IMG/VR virus record: IMGVR_UViG_3300025276_000001
Span: 1-64,000 of that record
Length of the DNA: 64,000 nucleotides
Reading direction: 5' to 3' (one strand)
Origin: a virus
This document shows positions 8,348 through 17,979 of the stretch, piece by piece. Numbering within the stretch: position 1 is the first letter of the stretch; each line of letters opens with the position of its first letter. The notes below the pieces were generated by a model. It searched no databases. It was not told where the DNA came from and was given only the letters and a program-made list of their open reading frames with translations. The position numbers and the translations under genes are program-made.

Positions 8348-11300
8348 ATGGCAATACAATTTTTATCTTCTTTAGAACTAACAGGAACAATTACAGCTTC
8401 ACGCATAGATAATGCAAATGCAGATACGGATAAGTTTGTAGTTAGTGATGGCGGTCTTCTTAAATATAGAACAGGTGCAGAACTAAGAAGTGATATTGGT
8501 GCCGGAACAGGAGACGGATCCGTAACATCCGTAACAGTACAAGGAAATACAGGATTATCTGGAAGTGGTACAGTTACTACTTCAGGAACAATAACCCTTA
8601 CAAATACAGATAGAGGATCAGCACAAAAGATCTTTAAGAATTTTGCAGTAGCTGATCAATCAACTATAGTAGCTGATAAGAATGATGATACTATAACATT
8701 TGTTGCAGATGGTGGTATGACCATTAAAACAGATTCTGATACAGATACTATAACATTTTTATCATCTGATAATAATACCAATAATTTTGTATCATCTACA
8801 ACATTTAATACAGGCAATGGAGTACTAACATTAAACAGAAGTGGTTTATCAGCCTTGACTGTAGATTTAGATGGTAGGTATTTAACTTCAGCTAGTAACT
8901 TTTTTCTTGATGGTATAACAAAGTCAGGTAATACACTTACATTTAGTGTAAGTGGAACTACAAATCAAACATATGCTTTTGGAAGTAATGCTTTCAATAG
9001 TACAACAATATATGCTGAACCAGGAATATTTAGTGGAGGTGGTACACCTACCTTAGCTACTGGAGTAACAGCAGCAGAAATTAGATCACTTATAGGAGCA
9101 GGTCAAAGTTCATCTACAGGTACAGTAACGTCTGTTGCAAGTGGGTCAGGTTTAAGTGGTGGAACAATTACAACAACTGGGACTTTATCAGTAGACTCTA
9201 CTGTTATAAGAACAACAGGTACTCAATCAATAACTGGTAATCTAGAACTTAAATCAAATGACCGTGCTACAAGTTATACGGTTGCTCCATTAGAAATACG
9301 TTCAGGTATATCAGGTGTAGACGGTATTGCACCTAGAATGTCATTTCATTGGGATGGTGTTGTTGCTTCTCAAATAGCAATTGAGGCAAACGGAACTATT
9401 GCTATTAGAAACAATCCGGGTACTGGATATGAACAATTTGCTGCAAGTAATTTAACATTACATTCTGGTAGTATTGTTTTAGGTGGAACAGGTAGGATAC
9501 AAGGTATTGATACAGTGTCTGCAGCAACAGATGCTGCTAATAAAGATTATGTAGATAAAGCCATAGCAGCAGTACCACAGGGTGATATTACTGCTGTTGT
9601 AGCAGGAACTAAATTATCTGGTGGAGGAACAGCTGGTTCTGTTAGACTAGATGTTGTTGATGCTGAATTAGGTAGAAACATAGGAACACGTAATGCTGTA
9701 GTTGCAGCAGGATGGATGACAGTTGCTTTAGCAGGTACTGCAAGACTATCAGGAGAAATATTTGTAACTGATGGAGAAAGTAGTGATCATTCCTTTATAA
9801 GGATACACTGGATGCGTAGTTATGCAGATTCAAACTGGACAGTTATAAATTGTGGAGGACATTCCAATAGAATTGTAGGAGTAAGAGTATTACAACAAAC
9901 TGGTGATGTAACATATGGTCCAAAATATTTACAGGTATACGTTACAACTTCTAGTAATTATTATACAACTATATTTACACCAGGTAGTGTACCTAACTAT
10001 GGTAAGCTAGAACCAGTAACACCTGTTTTACAAAATTCTATAGAAGGTTATGCTTTATTTGGAGCACAAGTAGAAGGATTAGATAAAGCAAGTCTAGCTA
10101 CTGATGAAGGTATTATAATTGGTGAAGATCTTATTGTAAAAGGTGGAGATATATTATTAGGTGGTACAGGACGTATTCAAGGAATAGATACTGTAACTGA
10201 TGGAACTGATGCAGCAAATAAAACTTATGTAGATGGTAAAGCAGATACAGGAGTGCCAGCAATACTGTCTAATGGTTCAACACCAAGTTTAAACAGTGGT
10301 ATATCTGCAGCAGAAATAAGAAGTATAACCGGTTCAGGAACATCTAGCTTAACTATTGGGACAAGTGCTTCAACAGCAAAGGCAGGTAACACTACAACAA
10401 TATCTAGTGGACAAGCTTCAGCTATTACGGCTAACACGGCTAAGACTGGTATTACTTCTACTCAGGCTTCAAACATAACAACTAACAATGCTAAGACTGG
10501 TATTTCATCTGGTCAAGCATCTGCAATAACAGCTAATACTGCCAAGACAGGAATTACAAGTAGCCAGGCAAGTGCTATTACGGCAAACACTGCTAAAGTA
10601 ACAGACACAGGTACACCTGCAATATTAAGCAATGGATCTACGCCTACATTAAATTCAGGCATTTCTGCAGCTGAAGTAAGAGGTCTAATAGGTGCTGGAA
10701 CAAGTTCAAGTGCAGGAGTTACTAGAGTAAGAGGTACAGCAAATAGAATAGCAGTTACTTCAGGAACAGATCCTGTAGTAAATGCAATTACAGGAACAGT
10801 AACTTCTAGTTCAGCTAACTTAGCAACAGGAGCACAGATACAAACTGCAATTAACAGTGCAGTAACAGGAGTATTAAAATACAAAGGTACTTGGAATGCT
10901 GAAACAAATACACCTACACTTGAAAGTGCAAAGGGTATTGCCGGAGAATACTATATAGTTTCTGCAAAAGGTGAAACAGACTTAGACGGAATAAAAGAGT
11001 GGGAAGTAGGAGACTGGGCAGTATTTTCTGATCAAGCTACAGATGCATGGCAAAAAATAGATAACACACAAGTAGGTAATGTAACAGGTTCAGGTTCAGG
11101 TGGAAGAGTAGCATTTTGGAATGGAACTTCAAATGTTACAAGTGATGCAGGATTAACATATAATGGAGGTACAAATGCTTTAACAATTACTGGTCCAGTG
11201 ACTTGGAGTGGGGGTGGATCAGCAGAATCTAACTCTGCATATGATAATAAGATTACTGCATTTGGTAATTCAGGTTCTTCAACAAAGGTTTTAACATTAA

Positions 11301-13645
11301 CACAACAAGATGGTGGTACTTTAACTACTTCATTTAGTATTCCACAAGGAGATATAATTTCAGTAGGAGCAGGAACAGGTATGACAGGTGGAGGTGCTTC
11401 AGGTGCTGTAACACTTAATGTTATTGGTGGCACAGGTATAACAGCAAATGCTAATGATATTGCAATAGATGCAACAGTAGCAACACTAGCAGGTTCACAA
11501 GCATTTACTAACAAAACAGGTAATATTAGTCAGTGGACTAATGATTCAGGTTATAAGACCACAGATAACAATACACAATATACTGCAGGTTCAGGTCTTT
11601 CATTGTCAGGAACTGAATTTGCAAATACTGCACCTAATATAGTACAAACTACTATAACAGGTAACGCAGGTACTGCAACCACATTAGCAAACGCTAGAAC
11701 TATAGCAGGTGTATCCTTTAATGGATCAGCTAATATATCATTGAATAACAATGCTATTACAAATGGTGCAGGGTATACTACTAGTGGAGATACAACATAT
11801 AGTGCAGGGACTGGTCTTTCATTAACGGGAACCGTTTTTGCAAATACATCTCCAAACATAGTTCAAACATCTGTATCAGGCTCTTCTCAATATTTAGGTA
11901 CTGAAAGAGGTACACCAGATAATGCTTTACAATATTGGCAAGCATCCGCTCTTGGTACTAAGGAAGCACCAACAACTGATTGGTATAATACTATAAGAGG
12001 TAGTCATGGTGATCCAATATCATACTATAGTAATACTTTGGCTATAAAAATGACAGGTAGTCAAACAGGTACAATTTATACTCAAACAATATCTAATGGG
12101 ACTCCTCAAGGATGGAATAAATTTTGGAGTGATAAAAATGATGGTGCAAGTTCTGGATTAGATGCTGATTTACTTGATGGTCAACATGGTTCTTATTATT
12201 ATCAAGCTAGTAACCCTACTGGATTTACTACTAATACAGGAACAACTACTGCAAGTAATTCACAAACCTTTACTGGTAAGGGTGGTAACATAAGTCAATG
12301 GACAAATGACTCTGGATATAAGACTACAGATAGTGACACTAATCATTATGTAACTAGTTTAGCTTTTAATACAGGTAATGGTATTCTTACTGCAGCAAGA
12401 AATGGTCTTGCTTCAATTACAGTAGATCTAGATGGTAGATACTCTACATCAAATACTACTTATTCAGCAGGTACAGGAATAACATTAACAGGTACAGTAT
12501 TTAGCAATTCTTCACCCAACATAGTTCAAACAAGTGTAAGTGGTAATGCAGGTACGGCAACTAAATTTTCAACAGTTGGTTCTAATTACAAAGGTGTTAC
12601 AGATACTTCTGTTGTTGGTCAGATGATGTGGAAAAATTATGGAAATAACCATACTATATTTGATGCTTCAGCAAGCAGCTCTCCATCTGGAAGTGCTGTA
12701 GATAATACTAATCCAAACTCAGCTTGGACAGGAACTTACCCTACATTAATGGGTTGGAATGGATCAAGCACATACGGAGTTAGAGTAGATATTTCAAGAA
12801 AAGCAGAAGTATTAAACACATCAAGAACAATTGCAGGTGTAGCGTTTAACGGTGCTTCTAATATATCTCTTAATAATAACGCTATAACAAACGGTGCTGG
12901 ATATACTACTAATACTGGTGATATAACAAGTGTTACTGCAGGAAATTATTTATCAGGTGGTGGTTCAAGTGGAGCAGTTACATTAAATGTAGATGCTACT
13001 GTTGAGAATAAACCAAATGTTATTCCAGTAAGAGATTCTGGTGGAGATATTAATGCTAGATTATTTAGAAGTGAGTATGATGTAACTAATGCTTCTATTA
13101 ATTTTATAATGACCCAAGTAGATACAGCTAGTAATAACTATATAAGGCCATCTACAATGGCTCAGGTTAGGGCAAGTCTTAATGTAGCTAATGGAGCTAC
13201 AGCAAATGTAGGTGATATAACTTCTGTTAGTGCTGGTACAGGAATGTCAGGCGGTGGAACATCAGGAGCAGTAACTCTTGCATGTACAATTAATACACCT
13301 GGAGAAGTTGGATTAAGTAATTTATCACAATCTGGTAATAGACTTTCTGGAAGTTTTACAGCTACTGGAAATGTTACAGCATACTCAGATGAAAGGTTAA
13401 AGAGTGAAGTTAAGACTATTGATAACGCTTTAGATAAAGTTAATGCATTAAGAGGTGTTACTTATGTTAAGGATGGAGAAAAGGGCTTAGGAGTCATTGC
13501 ACAAGAAGTAGAAAAAATATTACCAGAAGTTGTTTTAGAAGGTGAAGAATATAAATCAGTTGCATATGGAAACATTGTAGGTGTATTAATTGAAGCTGTT
13601 AAAGAACTTACTAAGGAAGTAGAACAATTAAAATCTAGACTATAA
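8348..13645 (+). CDS. Long tail fibre protein with C-terminal peptidase S74 intramolecular chaperone
   Basis: 1765 aa, Gly/Ser/Thr-rich with internal repeats and SGLDADLLDG. C-terminal GNVTAY-SDERLK...GVIAQEVEKILPEVV...VAYGNIVGVLIEAVKEL (about 13385-13645) is the canonical S74 chaperone signature. Confidence 0.9.
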   Translation: MAIQFLSSLELTGTITASRIDNANADTDKFVVSDGGLLKYRTGAELRSDIGAGTGDGSVTSVTVQGNTGLSGSGTVTTSGTITLTNTDRGSAQKIFKNFAVADQSTIVADKNDDTITFVADGGMTIKTDSDTDTITFLSSDNNTNNFVSSTTFNTGNGVLTLNRSGLSALTVDLDGRYLTSASNFFLDGITKSGNTLTFSVSGTTNQTYAFGSNAFNSTTIYAEPGIFSGGGTPTLATGVTAAEIRSLIGAGQSSSTGTVTSVASGSGLSGGTITTTGTLSVDSTVIRTTGTQSITGNLELKSNDRATSYTVAPLEIRSGISGVDGIAPRMSFHWDGVVASQIAIEANGTIAIRNNPGTGYEQFAASNLTLHSGSIVLGGTGRIQGIDTVSAATDAANKDYVDKAIAAVPQGDITAVVAGTKLSGGGTAGSVRLDVVDAELGRNIGTRNAVVAAGWMTVALAGTARLSGEIFVTDGESSDHSFIRIHWMRSYADSNWTVINCGGHSNRIVGVRVLQQTGDVTYGPKYLQVYVTTSSNYYTTIFTPGSVPNYGKLEPVTPVLQNSIEGYALFGAQVEGLDKASLATDEGIIIGEDLIVKGGDILLGGTGRIQGIDTVTDGTDAANKTYVDGKADTGVPAILSNGSTPSLNSGISAAEIRSITGSGTSSLTIGTSASTAKAGNTTTISSGQASAITANTAKTGITSTQASNITTNNAKTGISSGQASAITANTAKTGITSSQASAITANTAKVTDTGTPAILSNGSTPTLNSGISAAEVRGLIGAGTSSSAGVTRVRGTANRIAVTSGTDPVVNAITGTVTSSSANLATGAQIQTAINSAVTGVLKYKGTWNAETNTPTLESAKGIAGEYYIVSAKGETDLDGIKEWEVGDWAVFSDQATDAWQKIDNTQVGNVTGSGSGGRVAFWNGTSNVTSDAGLTYNGGTNALTITGPVTWSGGGSAESNSAYDNKITAFGNSGSSTKVLTLTQQDGGTLTTSFSIPQGDIISVGAGTGMTGGGASGAVTLNVIGGTGITANANDIAIDATVATLAGSQAFTNKTGNISQWTNDSGYKTTDNNTQYTAGSGLSLSGTEFANTAPNIVQTTITGNAGTATTLANARTIAGVSFNGSANISLNNNAITNGAGYTTSGDTTYSAGTGLSLTGTVFANTSPNIVQTSVSGSSQYLGTERGTPDNALQYWQASALGTKEAPTTDWYNTIRGSHGDPISYYSNTLAIKMTGSQTGTIYTQTISNGTPQGWNKFWSDKNDGASSGLDADLLDGQHGSYYYQASNPTGFTTNTGTTTASNSQTFTGKGGNISQWTNDSGYKTTDSDTNHYVTSLAFNTGNGILTAARNGLASITVDLDGRYSTSNTTYSAGTGITLTGTVFSNSSPNIVQTSVSGNAGTATKFSTVGSNYKGVTDTSVVGQMMWKNYGNNHTIFDASASSSPSGSAVDNTNPNSAWTGTYPTLMGWNGSSTYGVRVDISRKAEVLNTSRTIAGVAFNGASNISLNNNAITNGAGYTTNTGDITSVTAGNYLSGGGSSGAVTLNVDATVENKPNVIPVRDSGGDINARLFRSEYDVTNASINFIMTQVDTASNNYIRPSTMAQVRASLNVANGATANVGDITSVSAGTGMSGGGTSGAVTLACTINTPGEVGLSNLSQSGNRLSGSFTATGNVTAYSDERLKSEVKTIDNALDKVNALRGVTYVKDGEKGLGVIAQEVEKILPEVVLEGEEYKSVAYGNIVGVLIEAVKELTKEVEQLKSRL
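10403..10606 (+). repeat. Four tandem 51-bp (17-aa) repeats, SSGQASAITANTAKTGI-type, in the tail fibre
   Basis: SSGQASAITANTAKTGI / TSTQASNITTNNAKTGI / SSGQASAITANTAKTGI / TSSQASAITANTAKVTD. Confidence 0.9.
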
Positions 13646-14130
13646 TGGCAGTACCAGTTGAAGGATCATTAACATTACTTGCTATTGCACAAGAACGTAA
13701 GTTTGGTACTTATGGTTCTGGTGATATACAGCAATCAGTTGATCTTGCTGGATTACTTTTAACTGGAGGTGCTAATGGCTATCCTGCTTTAAATCAGAAT
13801 AGTCCTGCAAAACCTAATACAAGTACTCCTCATGCTATGAATGAGTGGTATGGTTATGATCAAGATGCTGCAGCACCAGTTGCATGTGATAGAATTGAAT
13901 TAAGTTATACTTCTAGATATAGATCTGCTACGGATGCATGTGGTGCTGAAATTTATTTAGTTGATGGAGATGCTAAAAATCCTTTTGGTAGTAAGATATA
14001 TGCTTTAGGTACTGACTGTAAAGAACCTGCTGATAGTGGAGCATATAGTAATGGCAAAACTGCTGCTATATGGAGTCAAAAAACTGAATCATGGAGTATA
14101 CTATCTTTATGTGGTAGAGGAGGAAAATAA
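13645..14130 (+). CDS. Putative fibre-tip/adhesin-like protein
   Basis: Coupled (TAATG) to the S74 fibre. MAVP..GSLTL..I...PHAMNEWYGY pattern is typical of small proteins encoded after S74 fibres. Confidence 0.55.
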   Translation: MAVPVEGSLTLLAIAQERKFGTYGSGDIQQSVDLAGLLLTGGANGYPALNQNSPAKPNTSTPHAMNEWYGYDQDAAAPVACDRIELSYTSRYRSATDACGAEIYLVDGDAKNPFGSKIYALGTDCKEPADSGAYSNGKTAAIWSQKTESWSILSLCGRGGK

Positions 14131-14154
14131 GAAAAACAAACTAAAAATAATATC

Positions 14155-14595
14155 ATGAGTAAAAAAGTTAGATCACCCAGAACAACAATTATTAAAAGAT
14201 CTATAAAAACTATAGAAGACTTAACCAGAGTAGAGCATGAAGTATCAGTAGATACACCTATCATAAGACATAGTTATGAAATAATTTCATTAGCTACTGA
14301 TGATAAAAATAGGTTAACAGAGATACACTTTAATTATAAAGGAGTATTGGTAATACCTAAATCTTTAAAAAAGTCTTGGAAAGCATCTAGTGCAGAAGTA
14401 CAAGCTAACTATTGTATTCCTTCAACTTTAAAACATCCTATATTAGATAAAGATTATAGACACTTAGGTAAAAAAGAAACTACAACTTTTCTAGCAATGC
14501 ATTTAAGAGAAGAATATGTAACAGGTTTAAAAGAATTACTGTACAAAGAGATCATGCCTGAAATTAAAATTATAGATGAACTTCCTTGGAAGTAA
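14155..14595 (+). CDS. Hypothetical protein, possible fibre assembly chaperone
   Basis: 146 aa ending in LPW(K); located in the fibre cluster. Confidence 0.45.
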   Translation: MSKKVRSPRTTIIKRSIKTIEDLTRVEHEVSVDTPIIRHSYEIISLATDDKNRLTEIHFNYKGVLVIPKSLKKSWKASSAEVQANYCIPSTLKHPILDKDYRHLGKKETTTFLAMHLREEYVTGLKELLYKEIMPEIKIIDELPWK

Positions 14596-14615
14596 GCTTT
14601 TTTTATTTATCTTTG
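14586..14615 (+). promoter_or_regulatory. Flavobacterium-type sigma70 promoter TTG-N19-TATCTTTG
   Basis: TTG at 14586-14588, 19-nt spacer, TATCTTTG at 14608-14615, upstream of the ATG at 14650. Confidence 0.65.
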
Positions 14616-14649
14616 CCTTATATATATATGAACTTTAAAAATTAGAATA

Positions 14650-14916
14650 ATGGCAAAATCAAAAGTTAAAAAATTAACAGCTAAAGAATTAGAAGGAGTT
14701 AAAGAATTACAAACTTCTATCAATTCTATATTAGTAAATATTGGAAATGCAGAAGTAGTAAAAATACAGATGGTTGAAAAACATGCAAGTCTGCAAGAAG
14801 ATTGGAAAAAGACTACAGGTTTACTAGAAGAAAAATACGGATCAGTAAACATTAGTTTAGAAGATGGAACCATCACTCCTGTAGAAGAACCTAAAGAAGT
14901 ACTTAGCAAAGTATAA
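14650..14916 (+). CDS. Small coiled-coil hypothetical protein (88 aa)
   Basis: Helical heptad pattern ending LEEKYGSVNISLEDG; has its own promoter. Confidence 0.65.
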   Translation: MAKSKVKKLTAKELEGVKELQTSINSILVNIGNAEVVKIQMVEKHASLQEDWKKTTGLLEEKYGSVNISLEDGTITPVEEPKEVLSKV

Positions 14917-15046
14917 ATATATATCATATCTATTTTTATAAAATTTTTTAAAGTCAAGCATTACTTGTTTGGTTTTAAAAAATTTTGTATATTATAACTG
15001 TATAGAGTGTAACTGATATCACTACATTATAGTAAAAAAAATATAT

Positions 15047-17245
15047 ATGATTCCAACTAGCTCAAGCATCTCATCAAATGGATGTGATAACATATCTTCT
15101 AATTGCGTAATTTGGCAAGGTCCGGATATTGCATGTATTGATTTATGCTCAGGTGATACTATCACTGAAATAACATTTAAGTTAGCAACAAAAGTATGTG
15201 ACCTTATTACAAATGGGGTAGTAGCTAATCCAAGTTTAACAGGTTTAGACTTATCATGTTTAAATATTCCAGGTTTAACACCTACTGAATTAGTACCTGT
15301 ATTACAAGAAATGGTTACTGCTATCTGTGCTGATGATGGCCGTAGTGGTAAATCTACATATACTTTACCAATAATGACATTGCCTGCATGTATGCAGTAT
15401 AATGATGTTAATGGAAATCCAGTAACAGAATTACGTTTAGATTTATTTGCATCTCTTATAGCTAATCAAGTTTGTACTAATTTATCTAGTATAAATATAA
15501 TTAACACAACACTTACTTCTTTAGATTCAAGAATAGATATATTGGAAGCTTGTGTTCTTCCTTGTTCAGGTGCAGTAGCTGAAGTACAAGTTATACCAAC
15601 TTGTGTTTTACCAGCTGCATTAACTAACGTTTCAGTTTTACTTCTTGCATTAGAAGTAAGGTTTTGTGCATTAGAAACTGCAGTAGGATTACCTGCAGCA
15701 ATCTTAGGAACAATATCCCAAAGTTTTATAACATCATCCACTTCTACATTAACTACTCCAGGTAGCAATTATGGAAGTATAGGAGGATGGAATAGTTCAC
15801 CTATTAATTTAGCACAAACTGTTCAAAACGCATGGGTAGTAATAGATGACATGTATACAGCTATTGCAGCTATACAACTTAACTGTTGTCCAGGCGGATG
15901 TGATAGTGTTATATATGCATACTCAACTACAAATAATTTAAACCCTAATGGTACAATAAGTGGGGTAACATTCAACTTTATAAATAGTTCAATACCATCA
16001 GGATTTAATGATTGTTCAGGTAGCACAGTTGTTACTTTAACTGATACATCAGGTGTAGCAGTAACAACAGTAGTAAGTGTAAGTACGTTACAAAATAATG
16101 GATCAGGAGTTTTAATTCCTGTGCCTTCATTAGATACTACATCAGCTCTTACAGCAACAGTTGCATTTTGTACATCAGATGGAATAAATACATGTACTGA
16201 AACACAAACTAGTAGTATAGCAGGAGCATTACCATGTCCTATAGTAGCTATATCTGCAATAACTAAAGATGGTTGTACAGTTAACTTCTCAAATACATTA
16301 GGTGTTACAGCAACATATAAAATTGATGCAGTAAATGTATCAACAGGTGCTATTGATGAAACATATACATGGAATAATCCAGGAGGACCATTAAGTTATA
16401 TATTTGTTGGTTTAGTAGCAGGAACTGCTTATAACATTATATTAAATGTTACTTTAAATGGAGTAACAAAAGCTTGTCCAGCAAATGCTGTTACTACTGA
16501 AACAGCTTCACCACCGTGTGATGCTGGTATGGATGTAGCATTTGTAATTGACTATACTTCTAGTATGACTAGTATCATTAATAATATTAAATCAGGTGTA
16601 GCAACTTTAGTAAATACAATACAAACTTCATCAGGTGCTAATGATTATAGAATTTCATTAACAACTGCAGATGAAAATACTTCCGGTGTACCTAATTATA
16701 GTGCATGTACAGATTATACATCTTTACCTGCACCTCAAAAAGTGGTAAATGTTGGTCCATCAGGAAGACGACAAATAATTACTGCATGGGAAAAGTTCCA
16801 AACTAATAATGGAACAAGTTTTTCAAGCCAACTAGCTAAATTAAATGGCGGGGCAGCAGGATCTTGTATTCAAATGGGACAAGGAATAGATGGACCTGAA
16901 CCATGTGATTATGCAGCACAACTGATAACAGGAGCTGGTGCTCTTACAGGAACCTTTAGACCTGCTGTAGCTAAATATGTTATAATTTTAACTGATAACT
17001 TACCAGGTGGTCAGTCTGATGCTTTCAATTCAACTGTATGGGCAGGAATTCAACAAATGATTCTTGATGCAAATAATTCTGGAATCAAATACTTTGTATG
17101 TGGTCCAGGAGCTTCTTTAAATGGATCAGGATCTTTAAGTTCAATTTATCCTTGGAAAGAATTGGCAACACAAACTGGTGGAACATGGAACGTCTCTGCT
17201 GATGCTTCACAAATTAGTGCAGACATAGTAGCAGGGTGTGCATAA
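15047..17245 (+). CDS. Cys-rich structural protein with FN3-like and C-terminal von Willebrand factor A domain
   Basis: N-terminal SSNCVIWQGPDI.C..LC.GD. FN3-like ..FVGLVAGTAYNI. vWA from about 16529: MDVAFVIDYTSSM (MIDAS DxTxS), DGPEP, VIILTD. Confidence 0.75.
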   Translation: MIPTSSSISSNGCDNISSNCVIWQGPDIACIDLCSGDTITEITFKLATKVCDLITNGVVANPSLTGLDLSCLNIPGLTPTELVPVLQEMVTAICADDGRSGKSTYTLPIMTLPACMQYNDVNGNPVTELRLDLFASLIANQVCTNLSSINIINTTLTSLDSRIDILEACVLPCSGAVAEVQVIPTCVLPAALTNVSVLLLALEVRFCALETAVGLPAAILGTISQSFITSSTSTLTTPGSNYGSIGGWNSSPINLAQTVQNAWVVIDDMYTAIAAIQLNCCPGGCDSVIYAYSTTNNLNPNGTISGVTFNFINSSIPSGFNDCSGSTVVTLTDTSGVAVTTVVSVSTLQNNGSGVLIPVPSLDTTSALTATVAFCTSDGINTCTETQTSSIAGALPCPIVAISAITKDGCTVNFSNTLGVTATYKIDAVNVSTGAIDETYTWNNPGGPLSYIFVGLVAGTAYNIILNVTLNGVTKACPANAVTTETASPPCDAGMDVAFVIDYTSSMTSIINNIKSGVATLVNTIQTSSGANDYRISLTTADENTSGVPNYSACTDYTSLPAPQKVVNVGPSGRRQIITAWEKFQTNNGTSFSSQLAKLNGGAAGSCIQMGQGIDGPEPCDYAAQLITGAGALTGTFRPAVAKYVIILTDNLPGGQSDAFNSTVWAGIQQMILDANNSGIKYFVCGPGASLNGSGSLSSIYPWKELATQTGGTWNVSADASQISADIVAGCA

Positions 17246-17268
17246 ACAAAAAAATAAAAAATTAAAAG

Positions 17269-17832
17269 ATGGCATGTAATTGTACAAAATGTAGTTCAAA
17301 ATGTGGATGTGCTGATACAGCACTTACTAACGCATGTACTTATACTGATTGTAGTGTAGGTAGTGAAAGGTGTACTGATGTACAGTGTACAGAATGCGTA
17401 AGCTACTGCGGAACTTCATTTCAAATAGGAGCTGCAGGAACAAGAATAATCATAACTTCTGGTGAAAGATTAGATTCTATTATACAAAAGTTTTCTATGA
17501 TTTTAGCAAATGGATTAGGTACTTGTACTTCTAATGATTTACAGCATGATCCATTTAATGTATATGCTGGTGTAATTACAAGCAGTACAGCAAATGTAAT
17601 ATGGGATGGTGTTTCAAGTGCTTCTACAGGAACTAATATATATATAGATACACAAATAGCTCCAACAGGTTATGTTTTACAAAACACAACACCTATAGTA
17701 CTTACAACTAATAATTTTGTTATATCAAACTTAGTTGCTAGTACAGCATATAAAGTAAAAGTAATATCAAACTATGCGGGTGCAGCTTCATGCATACCAA
17801 TAGAAATACTGTTCTCAACACCAGCAGTATAA
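17269..17832 (+). CDS. Cys-rich structural protein with C-terminal FN3-like domain
   Basis: About 10 Cys in the first 50 aa; ITSSTANVIW...ISNLVASTAYKVKV is an FN3 signature. Confidence 0.65.
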   Translation: MACNCTKCSSKCGCADTALTNACTYTDCSVGSERCTDVQCTECVSYCGTSFQIGAAGTRIIITSGERLDSIIQKFSMILANGLGTCTSNDLQHDPFNVYAGVITSSTANVIWDGVSSASTGTNIYIDTQIAPTGYVLQNTTPIVLTTNNFVISNLVASTAYKVKVISNYAGAASCIPIEILFSTPAV

Positions 17833-17878
17833 AAAAACAACAGAGTAGTGGTTTGTTGGTTTTCTACTACACGAGTTG

Positions 17879-17908
17879 GAAGAGACTGGGGCAACTCAGT
17901 CTCTTTTT
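17879..17908 (+). terminator. Rho-independent terminator with GCAA tetraloop
   Basis: AGAGACTGGG-GCAA-CTCAGTCTCT followed by TTTT. Confidence 0.9.
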
Positions 17909-17950
17909 GTTTTTATAAGTCTTTGATAGCTAAAGAATAAAAAAATTATA

Positions 17951-17958
17951 TATCTTTG
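17951..17958 (+). promoter_or_regulatory. Bacteroidota -7 element TATCTTTG
   Basis: Exact TAnnTTTG 21 nt upstream of the ATG at 17980, just after a terminator. Confidence 0.55.
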
Positions 17959-17979
17959 GTCAACTCTAAATTTTTAACT

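Noticed and set aside
10403-10606. CRISPR-like array
   Set aside because: The repeats are in-frame coding repeats without spacers, and no cas genes are present.
8348-14130. Diversity-generating retroelement target or invertible fibre cassette
   Set aside because: No reverse transcriptase, recombinase or near-identical DNA repeat pair differing only at adenines was seen; the repeats are protein-level with diverged codons.
17833-17878. tRNA or other known ncRNA in intergenic gaps
   Set aside because: The gaps are short and contain only simple hairpins; no cloverleaf or T-loop (GTTCGA) signature was seen anywhere in the window.
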